This document shows positions 18,460-28,718 of a DNA stretch of 42,024 bases, piece after piece. The notes below the pieces were generated by a model. That model was not told where the DNA came from and searched no databases. It was given only the letters and a program-made list of their open reading frames with translations. The position numbers and the translations under genes are program-made. Position 1 is the stretch's first letter; the number at the start of each line of letters is the position of its first letter. Origin of the DNA: Planctomycetota bacterium (lineage in GTDB: Bacteria > Planctomycetota > GCA-002687715 > DRQF01); the NCBI GenBank assembly GCA_036479435.1, contig JAZGFI010000137.1:1-42024 (forward strand), read 5' to 3'.

Positions 18460-19113
18460 TTAGTAGTGACACCCAGCGCAATCGGTAGACGCATGAAGCG
18501 AATGATCGCCGGCAAGTCCGTTTTCGTTCACATCTCGATGGCAGTTGACGCAAAATCCCATGGACAAGTTGCTTTCTTGCCGCACGCGATCCATGGTGGC
18601 TACCGGTCCGTGACAAGCCGTGCAATCGACGCCGGCATTGACATGCCGGCCGTGATTGAAGTACACGAAGTCAGGAAGGTCGTGGACCTTGATCCAGGAG
18701 ATGCCGGGAGCCGGCCGCTTCGGGTCGCGCTTCAGGTCTTTGTCTAGCCCCATCGCGTCGTAGATCTTTTGGATCTCCGGCGACACGATGCGGCGCGGAT
18801 CACGGCCTTCCGCGGTCGCAGCGGCGGCCTCGGCTTTGACCTCGGCCATGGGAGCCTTGACCGTTAAGTGGCAGTTCATGCACACGCTGACAGCGGGAAT
18901 TCCGGCGTGCCGACTTTGCTCGGCCCCCGAGTGGCAGTACAAACAAGAGATCGCCAGCTCACCCGCATGCAAACGATGCGAGAACGCGATCGGTTGCTCC
19001 GGCACGTAGCCGATGTCGTTGCCGGGCAGTCGCACGTTGGATGACGCGAGGATTGCCGCGCCGCCCATCATGCAACTCACCACGAAGATGATCCAAACGG
19101 TTCGTCTAGTCAT
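18460..19113 (-). CDS. actA: Alternative complex III subunit A (pentaheme cytochrome c)
   Basis: N-terminal TM helix, PEQPIAFSH.LHAG, LPDFVYFNH and five CxxCH motifs (CLYCH, CMNCH, CTACH, CVNCH, CAGCH). Confidence 0.95.
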   Translation of the reverse strand: MTRRTVWIIFVVSCMMGGAAILASSNVRLPGNDIGYVPEQPIAFSHRLHAGELAISCLYCHSGAEQSRHAGIPAVSVCMNCHLTVKAPMAEVKAEAAAATAEGRDPRRIVSPEIQKIYDAMGLDKDLKRDPKRPAPGISWIKVHDLPDFVYFNHGRHVNAGVDCTACHGPVATMDRVRQESNLSMGFCVNCHRDVNENGLAGDHSLHASTDCAGCHY

Positions 19114-19131
19114 TGTCGTTCCCGTTCCCGT

Positions 19132-20781
19132 TCAACACTTGATCTCTGCGTTCTTGCGGCCGTAGAACCACCAGTTAACGCCGAGGCAGCTCAGGTAGTA
19201 AAGGGCGAATCCGTAGAGCGCACGCTCGGGAGTTCCGTTTTTGATCTGGGTCGCGAAGACCTTCGGAATGATGTAGGCGCCGTAGGCCGCGATCGCCGAA
19301 GTCCAACCCAGCACCGGTCCTGCCTGCGATTTGGAAAAGATCATCGGGATCATGCGAAAGGTCGATCCGTTGCCCACACCCGTGGTCGCGAAGAGGAGCA
19401 CGAACAGGAGCAGAAACGGCATGAAGTACTGCTCGGGAGTCGTCGACTGGCTCGCGAGGGCCACATAGTAGCCCGCACCAACCGTCGCGCCGATCATGAT
19501 GATCGTGTCCCAATGCGTCACGCGCGCGCCCCCGAACTTGTCGGCGAGCCATCCGCCCAAGGGACGAATAAGCGCGCCGACGCCGGCGCCAATCCAGATG
19601 TAGCTGGCGCTGATCGGAGCGTTCGGGTTCTCAATCGCCGTTGCCAAGGCGCTCCCATCCGAAGCCACTCGAATGACTCCGAACACATCGTCAATGAGCT
19701 TCGGAAAGGCATTCGCGTAACCGATGAAGGAACCGAAAGTCATCGTGTAGAGCCAGGTCATGACCCAATTGTGCTTGTTGTCAAAGATCTCGAACTGGGT
19801 ATCGAGGTTCTTGCGGGTCTGCGCTGAGGTCATCTTCTTCATCATGAACAGCGTCACTATGACGGCGATGATGAGGATCAAAAAGGTCTTGAGCAGGACC
19901 GGGAATCCACCCCAGGGAATCACCAACAAGGTGATAGCGATGCCGGCACCCAAAAATCCGATGAAGGTCAACCAAAGGTACTTGCCCACGGCGACCGGGG
20001 TCGGCCCGCAGTCATGCTCTGGCATGTTGTGCATGAACAAGAACGCAAGAATGCCCAAAAAGGCGAGAATCGGAATCCACACCAAGGCTGCGTTCTGAAT
20101 CCAAAGGTCATTGCCAGCTACTGCGAAGGGCTCACCGCCAATCGCGCCGAAAGCGCCAAAGGTGATGATCCAAGGCAGTAGAAACTGCATCACACTGACA
20201 CCGAGGTTGCCGAGGCCCGCGTTGAGTCCCAGCGAGAGGCCTTGCATCTTTTTCGGGAAGAAGAACGAGATGTTCGACATCGACGAGGCGAAGGCGCCAC
20301 CGCCAACTCCAGATAGTCCGGCCAGCAAGATGAAGATAAAGAAACTCGTGTCCGGATTCCGCAGCGCAATCCCCGCACCGATCGCTGGCAGCAGCAATAA
20401 GAGCGTCGTCATGAACTTCACGTTGCGGCCACCGCAAAGCGAGATCATGAACGAGTTCGGAATACGCATGGTGGCGCCAGCGAGGCCGGCCACGGCGGGG
20501 AGCGTGAACATTAGCGCGCGATAGGCATCGCCGTCGTAAGACGCCCCGTCGTTCATGAAGCTGAAGTTGAAGAGATCCGTGTTCGCAAAGTGCGCTTTTT
20601 GGATGAACTTCGCCAACATGCCCCAGTAGAGCCAAAGCGCGAACCCGCACAAAAGGTTGGGGATCGAGATCCACAGGTTTTGGTACGCGACCTTTTTACC
20701 GGTCGACTCCCAGAACTCCTCGTCTTCGACGTCCCAGCGGATCAGAGTCCGCCCGTTCGCTACTTTCTTTTTGCCGCTCAT
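19132..20781 (-). CDS. narK: Nitrate/nitrite transporter, NarK2-type MFS
   Basis: WDVEDEEFW...GK.VA.QNLWISIP.L, GATMRIP, G.GGG.FASSM.NIS.FFPK..QG..LG.NAGLGNLGVS, Y.MTFGSFIG, RPLGGWLADK.GG, G.GNGSTFRMI. Confidence 0.95.
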   Translation of the reverse strand: MSGKKKVANGRTLIRWDVEDEEFWESTGKKVAYQNLWISIPNLLCGFALWLYWGMLAKFIQKAHFANTDLFNFSFMNDGASYDGDAYRALMFTLPAVAGLAGATMRIPNSFMISLCGGRNVKFMTTLLLLLPAIGAGIALRNPDTSFFIFILLAGLSGVGGGAFASSMSNISFFFPKKMQGLSLGLNAGLGNLGVSVMQFLLPWIITFGAFGAIGGEPFAVAGNDLWIQNAALVWIPILAFLGILAFLFMHNMPEHDCGPTPVAVGKYLWLTFIGFLGAGIAITLLVIPWGGFPVLLKTFLILIIAVIVTLFMMKKMTSAQTRKNLDTQFEIFDNKHNWVMTWLYTMTFGSFIGYANAFPKLIDDVFGVIRVASDGSALATAIENPNAPISASYIWIGAGVGALIRPLGGWLADKFGGARVTHWDTIIMIGATVGAGYYVALASQSTTPEQYFMPFLLLFVLLFATTGVGNGSTFRMIPMIFSKSQAGPVLGWTSAIAAYGAYIIPKVFATQIKNGTPERALYGFALYYLSCLGVNWWFYGRKNAEIKC

Positions 20782-22310
20782 GCCTGAGCTCCTGGTTGAG
20801 TGGGCTCGCCTCCGGCATTGGGTCCACGATCTTCAATCTCATGGATGAGGTGCGGCGCGCGGCGATTCATCATCTTTCTGATGACAAGGTGCATCCAGAT
20901 AAGGCACACCACCGTCACTGCGAAGAAGAACATCCAACAGGTCGTCCAAAGTCCGGTACCGCGCAGCATGTAGCCGAAGATGATGGGACAAACGAATCCG
21001 CCCAGGCCTCCGAGAACACCGACCATGCCGCCGACCACGCCGACTTCATTCGGAAAGTAGTCGGGTATGTGTTTGTAGACCGCGGCTTTACCGATGCCCA
21101 TCATGATCCCGATGACGAAAACCAAGAAGGTGAAGATCCACACATTGGACTGGAAGTAGATGTGCGTGACGCCTTTGGCGAGAAGCTGTTTTTTGCCGAC
21201 CTCATCGCCGACCTTGACGATCGTCTCTTGCCAAGCTTCAGACTTCGGGAAGACCATGAAGTCGTCGTCGGAGTACTCGATATCTTCGGCCGGGCGAGTC
21301 TTGACCGGGTAGTGTTTTTCACCCACCGTGATCCCGTCGCCATCGACTTGGGACACGACACCTGGCCGCAAGGCCATGACGCCTTGCCCCGGTGATTCAA
21401 TATCCATCTTCGGTACGACCAACAGGCCGCAGCAGATCGCGCACAGCCCCAGTACCCAGTACATGACGGATCGCGCGCCGATGTGGTCAGAGAGCCAACC
21501 CCCGAAGGCGCGGATGAGGCCGGACGGCAGGGTGAAGATCGACGCCATCAGACCAGCGGTCGCCACACTCATCGCGTAGGTGTTGACGTAGTAGGGAATG
21601 AGCCACTGGGCTAAGGCAACAAAGCCGCCGAAGACAAAGAAATAGTAAAAGCCGAATCGCCAGACCTGGAGGTGCTTCAAGGGGGCGAGCCGTTGGCCAA
21701 GGGTCAAAGGACCGGTATTGGCAACGCGCTCAATGGTCATGAACCAAAAGATGATCGCCATGACGACCAGCCCCACGGCGTAGACCTTGGGCAGCATCCG
21801 CCAACCTTCGAGGTTGGCACCACCGTCCGTGAAGGACTTCAGCATCGTCGGAGCAAAGAGACTCGTGAGCGCAGCGCCAGCGTTGCCCGCGCCAAAGATC
21901 CCCAGCGCTGTGCCCTGCCGGTGCTTAGAGAACCAAACCGAGGTATAGGCGATACCGACTGAAAAAGACGCACCGCAGAAGCCAAAGCCAAGGCCGCAGA
22001 GCATGAAGCCCACATAGCTATTGACATGGCCCACGAGGTAAAGCGGTATCGCCGAGAACAGCATGACGCCGGTGTAGATCTTGCGTCCGCCGTACTTATC
22101 GGTGAGGACGCCAATCGGAAGACGGGTGATCGCGCCGGTCAGGACCGGGATACCGATCAGCCAACCCATGGCTGCCTTGTCCCAGTCGAAGATCCCGTTT
22201 TCGACCAAAAAAGTCACGAGCACGCCGTTCATCATCCAACACGCGAAACAGACGGTGAACGCAATGGTATTCAGGACGAGAATACGAACAGAGCGTGCGT
22301 CGTCTTTCAC
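20778..22310 (-). CDS. narK: Nitrate/nitrite transporter, NarK1-type MFS, with a soluble insertion domain
   Basis: NT.AFTVCFA.W, P.LTGA.TRLP.G..TDKYGGR, QGTALGIFGAGNAGAA, WRF..YYF.VFGGFVAL, RAFGGWLSD..GAR, GIGKAAVYKHIP.YFP..VG.VGG.VG..GGLGGF. Confidence 0.95.
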   Translation of the reverse strand: MKDDARSVRILVLNTIAFTVCFACWMMNGVLVTFLVENGIFDWDKAAMGWLIGIPVLTGAITRLPIGVLTDKYGGRKIYTGVMLFSAIPLYLVGHVNSYVGFMLCGLGFGFCGASFSVGIAYTSVWFSKHRQGTALGIFGAGNAGAALTSLFAPTMLKSFTDGGANLEGWRMLPKVYAVGLVVMAIIFWFMTIERVANTGPLTLGQRLAPLKHLQVWRFGFYYFFVFGGFVALAQWLIPYYVNTYAMSVATAGLMASIFTLPSGLIRAFGGWLSDHIGARSVMYWVLGLCAICCGLLVVPKMDIESPGQGVMALRPGVVSQVDGDGITVGEKHYPVKTRPAEDIEYSDDDFMVFPKSEAWQETIVKVGDEVGKKQLLAKGVTHIYFQSNVWIFTFLVFVIGIMMGIGKAAVYKHIPDYFPNEVGVVGGMVGVLGGLGGFVCPIIFGYMLRGTGLWTTCWMFFFAVTVVCLIWMHLVIRKMMNRRAPHLIHEIEDRGPNAGGEPTQPGAQA

Positions 22311-23026
22311 CTTTCAATCCTCTGGCGGCGATCGCTGTACCAGCGCACTACCTGGCGTCGTCTCCACAGGTAGGGATTGGGAACCACGAGAATGTGAACG
22401 AGGCGAGTGAAGGGGAATAAAGCGATCAGCGCGAAGGCCGAGACGATATGGATCTTCGCCATGGCCGGAAGCGGCGCAATGTAGGCGATCTCGGGTGAGA
22501 ACTTCAGCAGTGACCAAAGGTAAGGCACCGCGTTGGACGCGTACCAAGAGGAACCCCATCGGGCGAAGACCGCGATGTAGACACCAGTGGCAAACTGCAA
22601 CAGCAAGATGGCATAGAGCAGCCAGTCGACCGGCGTCGTGACTTTGCGGACTCTCGTGTTCTTAAAGCGGCGAATGATGACGTTGATGAATCCGACCAAA
22701 GTCAGAATTCCGAAGATCAAGGCCGTCACTTCAAGGATGTAGAGCCTCAGTGGCGTCGCGTTCCAGGCGATGATGTGTCGCGGAACACAGAATCCGATGA
22801 TGTGCCCAGCCAACACCACGAGGATGCCGTAGTGAAACGGAACCATGCCCCAAAAGTGATGCTTGTTCTCAAGAAACTGCGAAGAGAGACTCGAGTAGGT
22901 GAAAGTCTGCTGCCGGTAGCGCTGGATCGTCATCAACAAGAAGACGACGATCGACAAGTAGGGCAGCACGACGAAAAGGAAGTTGTCGAGGTCTCCGAGG
23001 AATTGTTCACTCAACATGGCATTCAT
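22307..23026 (-). CDS. narI: Respiratory nitrate reductase gamma subunit (di-heme b)
   Basis: SS.SSQFLE, FHYGIL...AGH, KIH.......FPFTRLVH; five TM helices. Confidence 0.95.
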   Translation of the reverse strand: MNAMLSEQFLGDLDNFLFVVLPYLSIVVFLLMTIQRYRQQTFTYSSLSSQFLENKHHFWGMVPFHYGILVVLAGHIIGFCVPRHIIAWNATPLRLYILEVTALIFGILTLVGFINVIIRRFKNTRVRKVTTPVDWLLYAILLLQFATGVYIAVFARWGSSWYASNAVPYLWSLLKFSPEIAYIAPLPAMAKIHIVSAFALIALFPFTRLVHILVVPNPYLWRRRQVVRWYSDRRQRIER

Positions 23027-23552
23027 CCGTTGGCGCCGCGGCGGTTACGACATTTTCGATTGCGTCTTGGACGCAGCTAAGGAGCGATCCGTAGGGATTG
23101 CTTTCGTCGGTGAAACCCGTGAGCATCCTTTCGATGGCGGGTTTCAGAAAGCCAACCGACAGATCGCGCGCCTTTTTTGGATCGGAACGCGTAAAGAGCC
23201 GCAGCATTTGGGGAAGGTGATCAGCTAGTTCTTTGGACGGTGGGATACCGTAGTCGCGCAACGCCATGTTGACATTGACGAGGAAGCCACCGCGATCGTA
23301 GGTTTCGCCGTAGACCTGCCAGCCAACCTCTAAGCTGCACAAAGGGTTGATGTCAAAAGTCCGCGTGTAGAGCTCTTCAAGGTCAGACGAACTCATCGCA
23401 ACGACAGGATCTGCAAAAGCAGCGAGGCGCTTTGATAGGGAACTGTCGAAGGCCGTGATGGTCGCCACCAGCTCTGGTACACGCTCTTGAAACCCCGTCT
23501 CCGGGTACTCCAACAAGACGGCGAGCCCTTCGAACGCTGCTTCTTCAGGCAT
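23007..23552 (-). CDS. narJ: Nitrate reductase molybdenum cofactor assembly chaperone
   Basis: LLEYP, LEELYTRTFD, YGE..DRG, ELADHLP, NPY; located between narH and narI. Confidence 0.92.
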   Translation of the reverse strand: MPEEAAFEGLAVLLEYPETGFQERVPELVATITAFDSSLSKRLAAFADPVVAMSSSDLEELYTRTFDINPLCSLEVGWQVYGETYDRGGFLVNVNMALRDYGIPPSKELADHLPQMLRLFTRSDPKKARDLSVGFLKPAIERMLTGFTDESNPYGSLLSCVQDAIENVVTAAAPTDECHVE

Positions 23553-23553
23553 G

Positions 23554-25047
23554 TCAAAGCCCTCGCTTCGGACCGGTGAGGAAACCAAAACCGGCTTCCT
23601 GCTTGTGCTCGTGCGGGTCCTTCATCATCTCAAGTGCTTCTTCTCGATGCATTGGTGGGATGACGAAACGTTGGTCAAAGGTGCAAAGCGCGGTGAGGCG
23701 GTAGATCTCTTCGGCTTCCGCCACCGAGCTTCCCGCTTCGCTCAGCATCTGCTCGGCGGTGCTCATCTCGATGTCGCCGACGGTGACCGCGCGGCGGTAG
23801 CTGCGAACGGCCATCTGCTTGCGCAAGCCGGTCCGCAAAAAACTCTGGTTGCCAGCACCAAAGATGTTCGCAAGGAACTCCATCGGGAGGCGAGCCTCAT
23901 CGATGCCGTGAAAAAGCTCTTCCGAGCTGTTCTTGATGCCGCCGCCGGTTTGCTGCGACATGACCGGAAGCAATGGCGGAACGTAGAAGAGCATCGGTAG
24001 CGTGCGGTACTCGATGTGAGGCGGCAGGGCGATTCCCCACTCCTTCACAAACTTGTAGACCGGAGAAATCTGCGCGCTTTCGATGACCGATTCATGCACG
24101 CCGTTCTTTCGCGCCGCGGCGATCACATCGGGATCGTGCGGGTTGAGAATCATGTCGCGCTGACCCTGGATCAACTGATCCGTAGGCAGACTGGCAACTT
24201 CTTCCAGCTTGTCGGCGTCGTAAAGCAGAACACCGAGGTAACGAATGCGCCCCACGCAAGAGTGGAAGCAGGCCGGAGCCTGGCCGGTTTCAAGACGCGG
24301 GAAACACAGGATGCATTTCTCGGACTTGCCGGTTTGCCAGTTGTAGTAGGTCTTTTTGTAGGGGCAGGCCGCGATGCAGGCGCGCCAGCCGCGGCAACGG
24401 TTCTGGTCGATGAGGACAATGCCGTCTTCGCCGCGCTTGTAGAGCGCGCCCGAGGGGCAAGACGCAACACAAGAGGGGTTTAGGCAGTGGTTGCAGATGC
24501 GCGGGAAGTAGAACATGACCATGCGCTCGATCGCGGTCAGCTGAGCTTGTTGCTCTGGCGACAAGGCTTCGAGGTTGGGGTCGTTCTCCGCGTAGATTGT
24601 GGAACCACTGAGGTCATCGTCCCAGTTCGGGCCGGCTTCGATCTCCATGAATTCGCCGGTGATCATCGAGATCGGGCGAGCCGTGGGCTGATCGTCACCC
24701 TCAGGGGCGTTGAACAAGTCCTCGTACTTGTAGGTCCAAGGCTCGTAGTAGTCATCGAGACTGGGCTGGTTCGGGTTGTGGAACAAGTTGAAGACGGTCT
24801 TCTTCTTGCTGGTTGACCGCAGGCTTAGGTTGCCCTTGGCATCCAGTATCCAACCGCCCTTGTAGGCTTCCTGGTCTTCCCAACGCGTCGGAAAACCGGT
24901 GCCCGGCTTGGTCTCGACGTTGTTCCACCACATGTACTCCGACCCTTTGCGGTCGGTCCAGATGTTTTTGCAGGCGATGCTACAGGTGTGGCACCCGATG
25001 CACTTATCGAGGTGAAACACCATCGAGATTTGAGATCTGACGTCCAT
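23554..25047 (-). CDS. narH: Respiratory nitrate reductase beta subunit
   Basis: MVFHLDKCIGCHTCS.ACKN.WT, WNNVETKPG, PRICNHCLNPSCVASCPSGA.YKR.EDGIVL, CRGWR.C...CPYKK, KCI.CFPR. Confidence 0.98.
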   Translation of the reverse strand: MDVRSQISMVFHLDKCIGCHTCSIACKNIWTDRKGSEYMWWNNVETKPGTGFPTRWEDQEAYKGGWILDAKGNLSLRSTSKKKTVFNLFHNPNQPSLDDYYEPWTYKYEDLFNAPEGDDQPTARPISMITGEFMEIEAGPNWDDDLSGSTIYAENDPNLEALSPEQQAQLTAIERMVMFYFPRICNHCLNPSCVASCPSGALYKRGEDGIVLIDQNRCRGWRACIAACPYKKTYYNWQTGKSEKCILCFPRLETGQAPACFHSCVGRIRYLGVLLYDADKLEEVASLPTDQLIQGQRDMILNPHDPDVIAAARKNGVHESVIESAQISPVYKFVKEWGIALPPHIEYRTLPMLFYVPPLLPVMSQQTGGGIKNSSEELFHGIDEARLPMEFLANIFGAGNQSFLRTGLRKQMAVRSYRRAVTVGDIEMSTAEQMLSEAGSSVAEAEEIYRLTALCTFDQRFVIPPMHREEALEMMKDPHEHKQEAGFGFLTGPKRGL

Positions 25048-25061
25048 TTCGAATCCTCTAA

Positions 25062-28000
25062 TTAGTAGACCAGGGTGGGGAGTTTGCGAACGTAGATGTG
25101 CGTATCGCGGTTACAGCCGGTCGGCCCCCAGTAATTGAAGTGGTAAGTGAACTGTCCATAGCCACCGGCCATGAGATTTGGCTTCAGTCGCGTTCGGGTC
25201 AAACTGTTGTGACCACCCGCGCGTCTAAATTTCCGAAGCGGTGACTTCGGAACTCCGAGAGTTCGCTCGGGAGAGTGATAGATGATGCAAACGCCGCGGG
25301 GGATGCGGTGACTGACGCAAGCCCGCGTCACCACGACCCCGTGATCGTTGTGAACCTCAACCCAGTCGTTGTCGGCGATATCGAGGCTGGCCGCGTCGTC
25401 TTTGTTGATCCAGAACGGTTCGCACCCGCGGCTGAGCGTCGTCATCCGTTGGTTGTCGCCGTAGGTCGAGTGGATGTGCCACTTGCCGTGCGGAGTCAAA
25501 AAGTTGAGCATGAGCGTCGGCCCGTCTTTCTCACTGACCTTGAGGTCGGAGAACTGCTCGGGAGTTGGCCGCGGCTTGTAGGTCGGCAGGTTTTCCCCGA
25601 AGCGGATGTAAGTCGGGCTATCGAGATAGAGATGCTGGCGTCCCGTCAGCGTGCGGAAGGGAACCAGTCGTTCCACGTTGTAGGTGAAGGGCGCATAGGC
25701 TCTGCCGCCGTCGAGCAGCCCCGACCACATCGGGCTGTTGAGAAGCCGCCGCGGCTGCGACTGAAGGTCCTTGTAGCGCAAGCGGAAGTCTCGGTTGCCC
25801 TCAGCCAGGTCTCTAAGCTGAAGCCCGACCTTTTCTTCCATATCGACGTAGGAGCGATACGCGAGTTCGCCATTGGTAACCGTCGCGAGCCGCAGCACGA
25901 TGTCGGCAGCGTCTTCGGCGCGACTGATGTCGGGATAGGTAGCACCATCCCAAGTGACCGTAGGCCCTTCCTTCACGATGTCTGCGTAGACATCATCAAC
26001 GGCGTAGTGAGTGCCGTGAGCCCCTAGGCCATTCTTCGGGATATTCGGCCCGTAGGAAATGAACTGTTTGTAGATGTTTTTGTAATCGCGCTCGACGACG
26101 GCCACGTTCGGCATGGTTTTACCGGCAATGCCTTCGTCGTCGCCATGCACCCAATCTGGGATTTTGGCTTGGGCGATCTCTGCCGGAGTATCGTGAGGCA
26201 AAGGCGTGATGACCACGTCTTTAACCGGTTTCGGATAGTGCGCCGCGGCGACTTCGGCGGTCTTCTTCGCGATCTCGCGGAAGATGTTCCAGTCACTCTT
26301 CGATTCCCAGCACGGCGGCACCGCTTCGGAAAGCGGGTGGATGAAGCTGTGCATGTCCGTCGAATTGAGGTCGGCCTTTTCGTACCAAGTGGCCGCGGGC
26401 AATACGATATCCGAGTAGAGCGCCGACGTATCCATGCGGAAGTTAAGGTCGATGATGAGATCCATCTTTCCTTCCGGGGCCACATCGCGCCAAACCACTT
26501 CCTTGACCGAATCTTTGGCTTCGTCGGACGAGGCGATGGCGTTGTTGTGAGTGCCTAGATAGTGCTTCAGAAAGTACTCGTGACCCTTGGCACTCGACAT
26601 CAAGGCGTTGCCGCGCCAGATGTAGAAAACGCGCGGCCAGCTCTCGGGAGCGTCCGGATCTTCGACCGCGAACTTGATCTCGCGAGATTTCATCTTCTCG
26701 ATGACCCATTCACGGATCTCAGCGTTCGTCGTCGCACCGTCTTTGCCGGCCATTTTGGCCAGCTCGAGCGGGTTTTCTAGGAACTGAGGATAGAACGGCA
26801 GCCAACCGTTTTGCACGGCCTGGATCTGGGCGTCCATGGTGTGCTCGATCGGAGTTTCAACGCCCCGAACATCCTCGGGCACGACATCGTACTCGCGGTA
26901 GCTCTTTTCGTAGCGCCACTGATCGCAGTGAACGTAGTGCCAACTGGGACCATTTTGGAGTCGGGACGGTCCGTACCAGTCCTTACTCATCGCGATCGAA
27001 CCCCAGGACTCCTGAGGCGCCAGTTTTTCCTGACCGACGTAGTGAGCGAGCCCACCCCCGTTACGGCCGATGCAGCCGCAGAAAATGAGCGCGTGGATGG
27101 CCGCGCGATACATGAGGTTGGCGTGGTACCAGTGGTTGATACCCGCACCGATGATCACGGTGCACTTGCCTTTGGTCTTCTCGGCGGTAACGCCCCACTC
27201 GCGGGCAAACTTGATGAGGGTCGCACGGTCGATGCCCGTGTAGATCTCAGACCAAGCTGGCGTGTAGGGAGCGTCGGCATCGTCGTAATCGGCGGCATAG
27301 GCGCCAGCGAGGCCGCGATTCACACCGTACTGCGCCATCAACAAGTCGTAGGCCGTGGTAACTTTGACCGTTCCGTCGGGCGTCTCGATCTCGCGGATCG
27401 GAACATGGCGTTCGATCTGGCCGCCACCGGCGAAGTCGTCGAACATCACCGGAACACTGTCTTGACCCAAAAAGGTCAAAGCTGGATCGATCTTGCCGCC
27501 ATCGACGGCATCTTCCATCTTCAGGTTCCACTTGCCCTTTTCGTCACCCCAACGGTGACCGACGCTGCCGAGCGGCATGCGCGGGCGGGATTCAATTTCA
27601 TCCCAGATGAGGAACTTCCAGTCGCCGTTTTCGACGTCGTGCATGCCGTCGACGCGGTTCGCGCGCAGTAACTGCCCGGCGCGAAGCTTGCCGTTGTCAT
27701 CTTTGAGCTCGACCAAAAAAGCCGAGTCCGAGTACTGCTTGACGTACTCGATGAAGTACGGCGTTTGTTGTTCGTGGTGGAACTCTTTCAAGAGCACATG
27801 GTTAACCGCCATCCACCAGGCGCCATCTTGGCCGGCGTTGATGGCCATCCACTCGTCGGCGTACTTCGCTACCTGGTTGAAGTCAGGTGCGAAGACCACC
27901 ATTTTCGTGCCGTTGTGACGCGCTTCGGCTGCGAAGTGGCAGTCGGGCGTACGGGTCATGTTGAGGTTAGACCCCATGACCGCGAGCATCTTGGCGTTGT

Positions 28001-28718
28001 ACCAGTCTGCCGACTCGTTGACGTCGGTCTGCTCGCCCCAAGTTTCGGGCGAGGCCGTCGGCAAATCGCAGTACCAGTCGTAGAACGACAGCGATACTCC
28101 ACCCATGAGCTGCAAAAAGCGGCTACCGGCAGCGTAGCTCAGCATGCTCATTGCGGGGATGGGCGAGAAGCCGGTGATGCGATCCGGGCCGTGCTCTTTG
28201 GCCGTGTGAATGTTCGCGGACGCGATGATCTCGAGTACGGTGTCCCAACCCGTGCGGCGAAATCCGCCCTTACCACGGGCTTGTTGCCAGCGGCGACGGC
28301 TGGTCTCGTCGCCAACGAGCGAACGCCAAGCCTCGACGGGATCGTCGTGCTGGGCGCGGGCTTTGCGCCAAAGGTCGAGCATGGCCCCACGGATGTAGGG
28401 GTACTTAACGCGGAGCGGGCTGTAGAGATACCAGGAGTAGGAAATACCCCGCTGGCAACCCCGCGGCTCGTAGGGCGGGATCTCCGGGTCGATCGTCGGG
28501 TAGTCCGTCGCCTGCATTTCCCAGGTGACGATGCCCTCTTTAACGTGGATGTTCCACGAGCATCCACCCGTGCAGTTTACGCCATGCGTCGAGCGAACGA
28601 CTTTGTCGTGCTGATGGCGGTTGCGATAAAACTCTTCCCAAGACCGCTTAGAGGGGTCGTGGATGTCTTTGATCCAAGTGTTGTCGTGGCCGTCGGTGCC
28701 GGCGCCATGCTTGATCAT
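25062..28718 (-). CDS. narG: Respiratory nitrate reductase alpha subunit (cytoplasm-facing, no Tat signal)
   Basis: [100 protein letters not shown]. Confidence 0.98.
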   Translation of the reverse strand: MIKHGAGTDGHDNTWIKDIHDPSKRSWEEFYRNRHQHDKVVRSTHGVNCTGGCSWNIHVKEGIVTWEMQATDYPTIDPEIPPYEPRGCQRGISYSWYLYSPLRVKYPYIRGAMLDLWRKARAQHDDPVEAWRSLVGDETSRRRWQQARGKGGFRRTGWDTVLEIIASANIHTAKEHGPDRITGFSPIPAMSMLSYAAGSRFLQLMGGVSLSFYDWYCDLPTASPETWGEQTDVNESADWYNAKMLAVMGSNLNMTRTPDCHFAAEARHNGTKMVVFAPDFNQVAKYADEWMAINAGQDGAWWMAVNHVLLKEFHHEQQTPYFIEYVKQYSDSAFLVELKDDNGKLRAGQLLRANRVDGMHDVENGDWKFLIWDEIESRPRMPLGSVGHRWGDEKGKWNLKMEDAVDGGKIDPALTFLGQDSVPVMFDDFAGGGQIERHVPIREIETPDGTVKVTTAYDLLMAQYGVNRGLAGAYAADYDDADAPYTPAWSEIYTGIDRATLIKFAREWGVTAEKTKGKCTVIIGAGINHWYHANLMYRAAIHALIFCGCIGRNGGGLAHYVGQEKLAPQESWGSIAMSKDWYGPSRLQNGPSWHYVHCDQWRYEKSYREYDVVPEDVRGVETPIEHTMDAQIQAVQNGWLPFYPQFLENPLELAKMAGKDGATTNAEIREWVIEKMKSREIKFAVEDPDAPESWPRVFYIWRGNALMSSAKGHEYFLKHYLGTHNNAIASSDEAKDSVKEVVWRDVAPEGKMDLIIDLNFRMDTSALYSDIVLPAATWYEKADLNSTDMHSFIHPLSEAVPPCWESKSDWNIFREIAKKTAEVAAAHYPKPVKDVVITPLPHDTPAEIAQAKIPDWVHGDDEGIAGKTMPNVAVVERDYKNIYKQFISYGPNIPKNGLGAHGTHYAVDDVYADIVKEGPTVTWDGATYPDISRAEDAADIVLRLATVTNGELAYRSYVDMEEKVGLQLRDLAEGNRDFRLRYKDLQSQPRRLLNSPMWSGLLDGGRAYAPFTYNVERLVPFRTLTGRQHLYLDSPTYIRFGENLPTYKPRPTPEQFSDLKVSEKDGPTLMLNFLTPHGKWHIHSTYGDNQRMTTLSRGCEPFWINKDDAASLDIADNDWVEVHNDHGVVVTRACVSHRIPRGVCIIYHSPERTLGVPKSPLRKFRRAGGHNSLTRTRLKPNLMAGGYGQFTYHFNYWGPTGCNRDTHIYVRKLPTLVY

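Noticed and set aside
23554..28718. Nitrite oxidoreductase (Nxr) or periplasmic Nar
   Set aside because: There is no Tat signal on the alpha subunit, and a five-TM NarI, NarJ and two NarK transporters indicate a cytoplasm-facing respiratory Nar. A phylogeny would be needed to exclude Nitrobacter-type Nxr formally.
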